A stretch of 63,496 nucleotides of DNA, filler included, from Craspedostauros australis (Eukaryota): NCBI GenBank assembly GCA_030167865.1. It is 10 parts of 10 records of this genome, joined end to end, with 100 filler letters (N's around TTAATTAATTAA, not from the genome) between each part and the next. Parts side by side here need not be neighbours in the genome. Positions count along the whole stretch, not along the records: positions 5,881 to 32,186 come from JALAGF010003292.1; 9 more parts are not named here. The stretch is one strand, 5' to 3'. Positions 11,986 to 23,100 of the stretch are shown piece by piece (the stretch's first letter is position 1; each line of letters starts with the position of its first letter). A program made the translations under genes and the position numbers. Under the pieces are notes generated by a model that was not told where the DNA came from, ran no database searches, and saw only the letters and a program-made list of their open reading frames with translations.

Positions 11986-13409
11986 ATGAACTTCTTCCAG
12001 AAATTGCTCGCAACTCTGTGCCTCGTGGCCGCATGCTTCGTGACATCTGCGTCCGCCGATGATGAAGCCGCCGCACAGGCCCTGCGTGATGTCCAGATGG
12101 GCATGGCCGGACTCAAGGAGGCCAGCAACAACCCAGCTCTCCTCGCGCAGATGATGAGAGATCTTTCGGTACGTCGTCATTCATGTCTTCTGTTGGTGAT
12201 CATGCATTTCTATGAACAGACGACCGCGGGCGTAGGCGTAAGCGTAGGCGTAGGCGCAGGCATTGGTGACATGCCATGCCACCGCATCACATGCCTTGCC
12301 AACAACATGCAGAGAGTTGTAGATGGGATTTGCCCGTTGGAAATCAATCAAGCTCAAGTCCTAGAATACATTCCTTTGCCATTCTCTCTCATGCCCGATA
12401 CCCATCGTGTGGACATGCATTTCGGGTGCAATCTACAATACAACTCTGAATGTTCACTTGCTGTTGGGCGTCGTATGATGAATTCCAATCTCACGCAACT
12501 CAATTCACAACGCAACGTCATCATTCGTCGAATAAATTCGATGCACCGCACTGCCTGGGTCTCTGTCTCTGTCGCCTCGTCGCTTGGTGCATTGAAAATG
12601 AATCGATACATAAATTGAATTCGACGTCGAACCAAACCAAACCCATGCATCCGCTTACAGGATCCTGCGGTCATGGAAGAAGCCAAAAAGATGATGGACA
12701 ACCCACTGTTCCAGAAGCAGATGAAGGGCCTCGGCAACTCCAAGGAATTCAAGGAGAGCCTCAAGCAGGCCAGCGCCATGATGAACGACCCGGCCAAGGC
12801 CGCGCAGGCGGAGGCAAAGATGGAGCACATGCTCAAGCGCGGCCAGGATGATCTGCAAAAGGCCGCCGGCGGCATGATGGAGGAAGCCATGGCTGCCATG
12901 GCAAACCCAGAAGTCATGGCCGAGATGGCCAAGATGCTCAAGGACCCGAACTTCAAACAGCAGCTGGAGGCCATGGCCAAGGACCCAGCCTTCAAGGATT
13001 ACACCTCGGCCGTAAGTTCGTCATCTTGATCCTTGTGTGGATTGCAGAGCGGCATGGATGGATGGATTGATTGATTGAGGCTGGCCGGAGCGTCTATGAA
13101 TTGCATGAACGAGTACAGGACTCCATGTACGATCTATTGATGCCCACTCTTCGCCATTGTAAACCACTCATTTGCGTACAGAACGCTCAACACTCACGTG
13201 CCACCCCCTTGCCCATTTCACCTTTGTTTTCACTCGCGCATTCCATTTCCTTCGAACACACATCGAATTGGGCTGGGTGATTCATGATACTTTCACTTCA
13301 TATACATCACGCATCGGATTGATTCTTTCAGATGCAACACATGATGAACGACCCAGAAAAGAAGGAGCGCATGGAGAAGCTTGGAAATGCCTTCCGCGAG
13401 CAACTTTAA
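11986..13409 (+). CDS. Secretory-pathway STI1/DP-repeat-like helical protein; exons 11986-12168, 12661-13011, 13332-13409
   Basis: Signal peptide MNFFQKLLATLCLVAACFVTSASA, then Met-rich helices punctuated by DP/NP (MMDNP, MMNDP, MANP, MLKDP, MAKDP). Both introns are GT-AG, phase 0. Ends FREQL*. Confidence 0.8.
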
Positions 13410-14575
13410 CTGCAGCATGATAGCATGCGTTCTGTCGCAACGATGCGAAAGGAAGAGCCAGCGACCTCTGACGGAAGCAGACTGGATGATTGCGTTTCCA
13501 CTCTGTCCCAAGCAGTGCTGAAGGTGTCGATGCAGTCGGTGTGTGTCGTGAGTGAGGGAATGAGGGAGTGACGAAGCGTCCGTGGAAGAGGCGGAGTATC
13601 ACTGATCGTGCCGTCCGAGCAGCGGGGACTATATGCATCCCACTCCCTGTTGTATCTCTCATTCGCTCTCCTCCACCGGCAGTGTGACGAGGATCAGAGC
13701 AGTGAACGTCGTGAATAGACGATGCCTCGCTGAAGTGGGATGCATCCAATTCGAATAGCGACGTCAACACATGGGGAAGTCACGCTCTGCTATCATGCGT
13801 GCCCCTTCTACCATACATACAGTGCTGCGTCCCATTCTAAAATAAGTAGACAACAACATGTAGATATATGTATGGTACATCCTGAGTACTGAACGTACGT
13901 ATCAACAAACCAAGTCGGCACTCCTCCACATGTCTGTACCATGTTGGCTCGAACGTGAGGTCGATGCACCTTGTGAGACGACTTACGCTACGGATCAGTG
14001 TGTCAGCTCACTAGTAGTCGTACTTCATGGACGGTTCCTTTGCTGGTGGCCTTTGTATTTCGTGAGCGAGTACAAGATCGCAGAAGACGAAAAGCATCGC
14101 ATGCGCCTCCACCGCCACCGACCACTATCCCGTTTTCCACACACCAGACGACTCTACCATACTCTGGCTTACTCTACTCTGCTCTGCTCTACGTGTATCA
14201 TCGTTCCCCGCACGAGTCGACAAGCACTGAATGCCTTTATTGCTCAGGTCACGCCTTACTTTTGTCACAAGTCAACTGAGTTCTATTGTATTCAACTCTG
14301 CTACGAGTACATTCAATTCGAAAGACGTTACCGCGGCATGTTGATACTGAAAGCGTTCCTGATTATTGCATGGTGTTCGCCTGGTGAATGCTACTCGAAT
14401 GCAGGTTTACCACACATTTATTTGATGAGGGCCAGTCTCCAAAAACGGCAGCAACGATCACAATGCTGGTAGCAACATTAAGCGACGTGGAAGAGTTGAC
14501 ATTTGCCTGTCCATGATAATCACCATGGCCACCATCCATCAGCTTCATCGGCTTCTTGAGAATCCACTCCATAAC

Positions 14576-15715
14576 TCAGGTGGATGCCACCTTCGGCACG
14601 TTGAACGTCGAATACCCAAGCGCGCCGAGCAACGCCGTGGATATGCCAACCACGTTGATCAACGTGAAGGAATCTGCCGCGAACATGAAATTCCCCATTA
14701 CGATGATGAGCAAGCGTCGCACAGCGTCGCAGGCGCCGTACGTGATGGGTGACACGAGCTTGACGAACGTGAAGGACAGGACGTACTCCAGATGATACGC
14801 CAGCGTTGCTGCACCGCCCAGCCATGATGGTGGGAGATCGTTCTTTGCCAGTTCATTCTCGCTGTTTTTCAGAAGGGTTGACACGAGGTGATAAGCGCAG
14901 ATCGTCGAGACGATGCCAAAACCGACAAGCACCATCGATCGTTGCGCTTCGATGCCTGTCGCGCCGAGCCGCGTCATGGCGTACTTCGTGCTGAGGTTGA
15001 CACCGCTTTGCGCGACGCAGGAAATGAGCGCGGACACGAAGCCCCACTTTTCGAACGTCGGGCTGTTCCATGACGCAGCGGCGATGCCCAGAGCGATCGG
15101 TATCAGCGAGAGGAGCGCGGCGGTTGCCGGCAGCGCCTCGGGGCCCTCGTACATCAGTGTGAGCAGCACGGTGACGAGCGGGATCCCGCATTTGGATGTG
15201 TACGTGAGCGAGATGCCGACGCGCTGAAGGCTGATAGAATTGGTGTAGTTGGCAATGAAGAGGAAGATGGCCGGCAGCGTGAAGGCCCATGAAAATCGCA
15301 GCGTCGTTCGTATCCGCTCCATGATGTTGAAGTTGGGATGCGCCAAGAGGCCCAATATCAGGGATCCGCCGAAGCGGAAGTATGTGAGGAGCATGGGCCG
15401 TGCGACAGTGCGAATTGCTGCCGGCAGCCTCGGCAGTGCACTTGGAGGTGGCGTTGTTTTCAGCGCGTCCTTTGATGCTGCTGAGGGTCTGATCGCTGCT
15501 CTGACGAATGCAGGAATCTGCACTCTTCGGTGTTTGATTGGGACAGCGGGATGGTCGTGGTCAGATTTCGAGTCCTCGTATCTCAAGAACTTCGTCGTGG
15601 AATACGTTGTGAAGAGCGCCGATGATGCCATCCATGTCGCTGCCACGATGGGTGCTTTGGATAGCATCCCTGATTTGTCGGCGGCGATGGCCGTTGACAC
15701 AACATCCGTGGCCAT
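14576..15715 (-). CDS. Triose-phosphate/nucleotide-sugar transporter family protein (DMT superfamily)
   Basis: Multiple TM helices with TPT-like motifs ISLTYTSKCGIPLVTVLL and VSPITYGACDAVRRLLII. The start codon is uncertain. Confidence 0.8.
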   Translation of the reverse strand: MATDVVSTAIAADKSGMLSKAPIVAATWMASSALFTTYSTTKFLRYEDSKSDHDHPAVPIKHRRVQIPAFVRAAIRPSAASKDALKTTPPPSALPRLPAAIRTVARPMLLTYFRFGGSLILGLLAHPNFNIMERIRTTLRFSWAFTLPAIFLFIANYTNSISLQRVGISLTYTSKCGIPLVTVLLTLMYEGPEALPATAALLSLIPIALGIAAASWNSPTFEKWGFVSALISCVAQSGVNLSTKYAMTRLGATGIEAQRSMVLVGFGIVSTICAYHLVSTLLKNSENELAKNDLPPSWLGGAATLAYHLEYVLSFTFVKLVSPITYGACDAVRRLLIIVMGNFMFAADSFTLINVVGISTALLGALGYSTFNVPKVAST

Positions 15716-17237
15716 TTCTATTGCTCTGCTCGGACGAGTGGAGTGTTGGTGTTCTCCTGCGATTTCGGTCTCTGAGATCTTTGTCGAGAATCACTCTTGA
15801 TGGACCCGAAGTGGGTCAAATCGTATTATGTATTGTTAGTATGGAGAGTCACTGATGATTGTGCTGTGTGCGTGTGTGTGTGTCTCTCTCTCACTCTGTC
15901 ACTCTGTCACTCTGTCACTCTCTTTCTATCTGTCTATCTTTCTTTTTATGTGTGCGCGGTGAGCAAATGAGAATGTGAGGTCGCAGTGGGCTCGGTTGCT
16001 GACATTGATTGCGTTGTGTGTCAGGATGGCGTTGATGATGTGTCTTGGTGTCAACGTCTGCCAAATCTGATGGACGTGTCCTTCGGTCTGCGCGAACAGC
16101 GTGCAAGAGAGGATGCTCTCTATCGGCCTGCTCTTGTGTTTGGTCGTCCTCTGTTGAAGACGTGGCGCGGCGGAGCTGGTGAGTTGTCTTGTGTTGTGCT
16201 GTGTTGTCTTTGATCTGCTTGAGGTGTTGGCATTTACGCACTCACTCCATCTCTTCCACGCATACAAAAAATCTGAGATTGCTCGTTCTTCTTCACTCTG
16301 TCTGTGCTGGTCTCTGCTCCCAGCACCTCGCGCAATGAGCTGTCGGAGTGTGGTGTGTTGGTTGGTTGGACTGTTCCTCATGGATTGATGGGTGTGGAAA
16401 TTCGGTGGTTGGGTGGTTGGAAGGCTGGGGGCGCATCCACATCGGCGTCAGCTTCTGATGATGCATGTGGCGTTCGTATCTTTTGATTGACGTCATTCCA
16501 ATCCACTCATGATGATGATGTGAACATCAGCAGTCTACACGAAGTGAATGTAGATTGTGCCAACTCAATTTGCGGAAGTGTCTGACCACAACAATCTCTC
16601 GCCAGAGCAGAGTATCTCGAATAACGACAGCGCATCGAAACCGAATGGAGGACTCCACTCGACTCTGCTCTAATCTCTAGAGAGGAAGGGCATCGTGCGT
16701 CCATGTTCGTTCCTATCACACCAAACAATGAGTTCAAAAGTCAATGTTTTGTACGAGTTCTAGGATACATGTTACATTCATTAGGAGGTGATCGATGGGA
16801 GATACAGCTCCATACTCAGTAATCTGGGATGATGCTGATGTCGATACACCGTCCTTTTGTTGGCGTCTTCGTTGCGTTTGTGGTTGACGCATGTGTTGTT
16901 TTGTGTTGGAGTGTGTGTGTGCGTTGGGATTTGGCGTCCCTGTGGGTGATTGCCTCTCGCCGCAAAATCAAAGCTGATCTGCTGTTTGTGTGTTGCTGCT
17001 GTCAAGTTAATTCCTCGTTTTTGTGATGCGTGTGGTTGTCATCACTGCAATCGATGTCGTCGTTGTCGTCGTCGTCATGTTACACTCCAATGGTGTGAGC
17101 CTGTGTTGAATGAAAGACGACAAGTCTGTGCATTCATCGCACAAGCTCAAGTTCTTGATGCCATGATGCATCGAGAGTTGACGGAGGGATGTATGTTGAG
17201 GAAGGAATACCTTGTTGGTGACGAAGCTGCTTGTCGC

Positions 17238-19146
17238 TTAAGCAAGGGTGCCTCCATTGTCCCAGTCACCGGAGGCGACCTTCTTGCGTCCTCGTCGGCT
17301 GTTGGTGCGCGGTGGGGAGGAGCGTCCCTTGACGGGTCCGCGTGGAGACTTGTGCCTTGACGGTGGAAGCAGATCGGTGTGGCTGAGGGACTTGATCAGC
17401 AGGTTGGTGATGGAGTGGTGCAGGTAGCATGAGTACAGGGCAAGGATCATGACGATGAGCCCCGACAAGACGATGCCGATCTTCTGATCGATGGTGACGA
17501 CGCGGTTGGCATTGCGCACTGCTCGGCCGACGTAAAGCTCGCCGTTTTCGTCGTAGGTTCCGGTGCGGAGGCTCTCGATGAAGGAGCATTCGGTCATGGA
17601 ATCTTCGGCTCCTCCGAAGAGGTCGTACTGAAGCGTCTGCATACACTTGGCTCCGCTCACGTGAATCCTGTTGCACATGTTGCTGGACGCAGTGAAGTAC
17701 GGAGGGTAGTCCTGTTGTTGTCAGCGTTGATGGATGGACGGACGGATACATGGATGCAACGATGGATGGATGAATGGCAAGCGAGTGAGCCAGAGAGCGA
17801 GCAACGTGCCATGTCGACATTTTGTTGTTGATGATGGGTTAGCTCAGGTTTGATGATGAGCTGGACGACCATGTACCATGCAATGAAAAAGTGTTGGTCA
17901 GTTCTCGCAATACAACACCACAGCAGACAGAGCGACTTACCGTTTCTCCGCAGTTGATGCATGTGCTCTCGTAGAATGGCTCGAAGAGGGAGGACTGGAA
18001 ACCCAATCCGAAGGTTTTCAAGTCTACCTTGTCTCCAGCGTACTGCGAGCAGAATTGATCGTAGAAGACGCTCATCTCGAAGGTTCCCTGCTCACCGTCG
18101 CAACGCGGTCGGACGTAGTATGGGTTGCGGTCTTCATCTTCGATTTGGACGCAGTTGAGATAGTTCAGGTAGTCCTCGCTGGCCATGTAGGCGTCGTCGT
18201 CATCCTCATTGTCAGCGCACATGCTGTTGCCATCGTCATCGAGGCAGTACGTGTTGTACGAGGCGCATTCATTGTCGGCGTCATCGTCGCCACCGTCGTT
18301 GCCGCCATCGTCATCGCCGCCGTCACCGTCGTCGCCATCGTCGCCGTTGTCGTCACCATCGTCGCCACCGTCGTTGTTGTTGTCGTTGCTCTGGTTGTCT
18401 TGATTGTCGTTGTTATCTTCTTTGTCGTCTCCATCGTTGTCTTGCTGTCCGTCTTGCCCGTTGTCGTTGCCTTCATTCTGATCCTGGTTGCCATCCTGCT
18501 GGCCATCGCCGTCATCACCTTCCAGCTTTCGAAGGCCTCGTCGGTCGCCGCCGTTGTTGTTGCCGTTTGCGCCCTCGCAGTCGGCGCACCAGTTGCAGAT
18601 TTGTTCTTTCTTGTCCTCGGTGTATCGCAGCATGATGCGCACATAATCGCCAAGATCGATGGCGTACTCAGCAAAGTTGTACTGGCATCCGTAGGTTCCG
18701 GAGGATGTGCAGAATCGGTACGGACACAACCTGAGAACGACGATGTCATCGACGACCATGGTCGTGCGTTCACCGGCCGCGATGGCATCCTCCGAGAAGC
18801 GCTGCACTGGCTGGCACATGGCAAACTTCAAGGAGTACCCGTTGAAGCTGTACATGTTGCCTTCTCCCATGTAGTAGTCGTCATCACCGTCGCCTCCATC
18901 TTCGAGCTCACGGATTGCTGGAGTGGTCTCCGGCAGGCTATAGCCTCGCAGCCGCAGCTTTCGCTTGTACTCCGCGAGTGGTACTGCCTTTGCCAGCAGC
19001 TCGTCCTCCATGTTCAACTTCTGGCTCTCCCTGGCCGCCCTCTTGTGGCTCTGCCTCACCACGTCGCGCCCGAAGGATGCGTCGGCTGGGACAATGGCAA
19101 GCGCGCTCGCAAGGAGCACCGCGAATGCAGCTGTTGGGAACTTCAT
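17238..19146 (-). CDS. Silicanin-like type I membrane protein; exons 19146-17941 and 17711-17238
   Basis: Signal peptide, RXL motifs (IREL, LRKL), Cys-rich luminal domain (YSLKFAMCQ...VLRLCP...C...EYAIDL...YYVRPRC...FYDQFC), D/N/G/Q-rich insert, one TM and a cytosolic tail. Intron 17940-17712 (GTAAGT...CAACAG) is in frame. Confidence 0.78.
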
Positions 19147-20042
19147 CTTTGCCAAATCTCTTCCTGTCGTCTTCACGCCTTCTTTCTCTTTGTGCGTGTT
19201 GATGCTGCTGCTTCAATCGGTTGGCTGGGTCGTCCTGGTGAGGCTTTGTGGACGAGTCGCGGCAATGTAGGTTGTTGGTTGCGATCGACGGATCTTTGTT
19301 TTGTTTGAGATCAACGAGGGCGAGGCTTCAATTTGTTCCTCCGCGTGACTTGTTTGCAGTACGCTTTGTTCTTTTTCGTGTCGGGGACGATTGCGTTCTC
19401 TTCGATCCAAATGTTTGCGAAGAAAACAGCAGCCGAGATGGCGACGAACGTCGTTTCGCCAACTCCTCTCCAACCACCCAGGCTCGCCCACCAACGTCCA
19501 TGGTGTGTGGATCCGTTGCAAACATCGTTGAAAAACACAAGTTCGCTGTCGCAGAAAAGGTGGGGCAATCACTGTTCAGCGATAATCGCTGAAGGTGTGT
19601 GACCGTATCGGCTCGGTTGGCGTGGAATGGACATGTCCGATTTGATAATTATTATATTGATGCATGAATGAATAAAAATGTTACTATGACAAAAGATGAA
19701 ATATATACGTATACGTTTCTGAATGACTTATATGAGTTGAAAATTGTTAGAGGCTACATGCAGCTATAGACCAGGAGCAGGCACAGTGTCTACGTGTGGT
19801 AATACATCACCAAGTTTAGACCTTGGAGACACACCAGTGTTTCTAGCTCTTTCCTCCGGAGCGGCGCCGCCAAAGCATTGTGATCATCCCTATACTCGTT
19901 TCTGTACCAGTACTCTGGCCCATGTCATCTCACGGTGCAGCCCAGTCCATCACAACTGCGGATGTGCAACATCATGGAGCGCGAATGCGGTAGAGCACTG
20001 GAACATAAAAAAGTGTCACTCTATAATTCGTATTCTTTCACT

Positions 20043-20077
<35 letters not shown>

Positions 20078-20166
20078 ATGCCGTTGCCGGTGGTGGGGAC
20101 ATGCTCCGATGTTATGAACTGATTTATTGCCACTTCGTGACTGCTGTCGCTCCCTCTCTGCAAGGT

Positions 20167-23100
20167 CTAGGCTGAGTTGTCCGTCAGCACGGACACGTTG
20201 TCATCGTCGTCGCCGCTGCCGCTGACACTGCCAGTGTCGTCGCGATTGCCATCGTAGCCAGTTCCTGTCTTGCTGTTGCTGAATGCTCCGCTTGCGCTGT
20301 TCGATGCAAAAGCTGACAGGTCTGGGAGGTTTTCGAAGGCGCCGCTGATGCTGTGCCTGGAACGTGTGTCGCTCAGGCTTGGTCGTGACACAATCTCCAA
20401 GCCAGCGAGATTGGTGGGCGACGCGATGCCGAACAGCTCGGCGATGGTCTGGTTGCGGCGTTTCCAAGTCACCATCTTCGGATTGATCTTGCCGTCGAAG
20501 TGTCTTGCGGTCACATACTGGCCACGTCGTTCCATGATGTCATCCACCTTGATCTTGCAGCCCCATGCCTCGTAGTGCTCGACCGCGTTCGTGAAGTGGT
20601 CACCGACCAGATCTTCGGCGTCGTTGAGGACGCAATGCTCTCCTGCCAGCTCGTAGGCCAAAGCAGTGTCATTGATGCACATGGATTGCGAGGCAGTGAT
20701 GATCGCCAGGTTGTACGCGTGCTTAATCTTGGTGTGGCGTTTGTCCTTGACGGTGATCGACAGCTCCTCCGCCTCCAGCAACAAGGCCCGGTGCATCCAG
20801 TTCCTGCCTCTGGTCTTGCCAACGTGGCGCATCGTCTTGATGGAGTTGCGGAGGGTCACCAGATGGCGGCGGTTCCCGGTCTCCCTGTATTTTCCTGCCG
20901 AGAACAGGCCCGACAAGTACGGCACCATCACCAAGCTGAAGTAGGACGGGTCCCTTGATGCGAAGACGTTGTAGCACGCGAAGAAGCGTTCAGCGGCTGT
21001 GTACCGTCGAAAGTAAATTGCGAGCTGCGTGCGCGCGAAGAAGTGAATCGAATCTCGGCCACCTTGGGCGAGATTCAGCCTCTCCCTGTTGATGCCGCGC
21101 CTGGCTTGGGCCTCGAGTTTCGGCCACTTGATCCTCCGGCGTCCTGTCAGCGTCTCCACGGAGCGCAAGAGTTCCCCGGTCATCTCTTTTTGCGCGTGAA
21201 CTTCGTACGTGATGTGCTGCTTGACAGTCGCATTTAATGCTTCGATCAACTGCTCCAGCTCGAAGCCGACGACCATCGACAGCCCGAGGCAGAATTGGGA
21301 GTTCAGAATTCCCATCTCGAACTCGCCGACGCCCATGGACTCGTAGTGCGCCTGCCGACCCTGCTTAATCTGCTCCAGGAAGGGGGAGTTGAAGGACGAG
21401 ATGTAGTTGGTCATGAGGATGGAAACCAACCCTCTCTTTGACTTCGCGTTGGTTCTTTCGAGGATGGCGAATGCGATGTCTGCACAGCGCTGCGCCATCT
21501 CTTGGTCTCCGGTGCTGCTCATGATGAGGCCGTAGTTGGCGAAGGCGCTTGCCGATTCTTCGCAGATGCCATAGCGGATGGTCCTGAGAAGCATCTTGCA
21601 TAGGTTGAATGCCATCAAGGTCGCGTTGCTGATGATGTGGGCACGGACGCCGAAGTCGGCGCCGATCTTCATGGCGTAGGTCTTGCTGGGGTCCGTCATG
21701 AGTGGCATCGAGACGATCTCATCGTTCGTGTGCTTCTTCATGAACGCGCTGATCTTCAGCAAGGAGTTGGCGACGCGTACGGCATGCCATCGCTTGGGGA
21801 ATTCATCGAGTGCGCGCAGCGCTCGGGTGTTCAGCGCTTGGGCTTCCTCGTGGCGGTCCTCCCTGCCCAGGGCCTTGGCCATGACGAAGTATGTGGGGAG
21901 CTTGTCCTCGAGCAACCGAGCGTTCTCCAGCAGTTCGTTGCCAAGCTTGTACCCAACCTCGAAGTTGTTGAGTGAAAGCTCGACTTCGCAGCGAGCGCGG
22001 TACAGCCGCAGACAAAAATCGTACTGGTGTTCGTCGTTCCATGCAGGCGAAACATCGCTGTCTTGTGAGGCACCATTGTTGTTGTTGTTGTTGTTGCTGT
22101 TGCTACTGCTGTTGTTGCCCATGGCGCCGATCCACGTTGGCTGGGTCCTCACCAGACGCAAGGCGGAGAATGCAATCTGCAGGTACTCCGCCGCCGATTC
22201 CAGGGCTCCTATCTCCAATGCCTTCTCGCCGACCTCGAGGTTCATCATGATGGTGAACATTTGATCCTTGGAATGGACGGCGTTAAGATGGTCGGCTGCC
22301 ACGAAGAGAAGGCCATCAATCCCGAGCGATCTTGGAGATGGCGGCGTTTTTGTCCCAATCGATGAGGCGGAGTGTGTTGGCTGCAATGACGCGCCCTTTG
22401 TTTTCTGTCGCTGATGGCGCTGTGGGCTTGATGGCTTGGTCGTCTTGGGACGGCTCTTCTTGGAGGTGCTGCCCTTGGTCTTGCGGCTGCCGTTGGCGCT
22501 GCTGCCGCCATCATCTTGGTACAGCTGCTCTTCCTCGTACTGCGTGGTGCGATACTTCTCCAGCAGGCAGTGGCCGATGCGCGATCGCAGCTTGTCGCGG
22601 ATCCTGCCGCGTGGGACCATTCCGTAGGCAGCCTTCTGGATGTGGTCATGCGCGAAGTTGTACATGGTGCCTCCGATGGGGTTGCGAATCACGCGTTCCA
22701 GCACCGCCTGCTCGAGCATGGTGGACAGCGCCTGTTCGCTGCAAACGATGCTTGCACCGTCAACGTCACTCTCGATCAATCCGCCGACGCGGTTTTGCTC
22801 GTTCTGCAGCACGTCGCGCAGGATGGTGATATGGAAGGTTGATCCGATGTATGCCGCGACGGACAGCGCTCTCTGCAGCAGCTGCGGGAGCTCCTGGAGC
22901 TTGGACTCGATGGCATGGATGACGTTGTGGCTGATGGGAAGACCGGCGCTGCGAGAGTTGCCCTTGCCGTCGCCTCCTTGGTTGGGGATCTCCCATCGCC
23001 ACTGCGACGATGCCTGGTCGTACGTGAGGATGTTCTTCCTCTCGAGCTCCTCCAGCGCCTGCAACGTGAAGAAGATGTTGCCGCTGGTCTTAGCGTAGAG

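Noticed and set aside
18055..19308. 417-aa Val/Ile-rich ORF on the plus strand
   Set aside because: Antisense shadow of the D/N-rich silicanin-like gene. The same applies to long antisense ORFs over lipA, the STAND gene and the copia pol.
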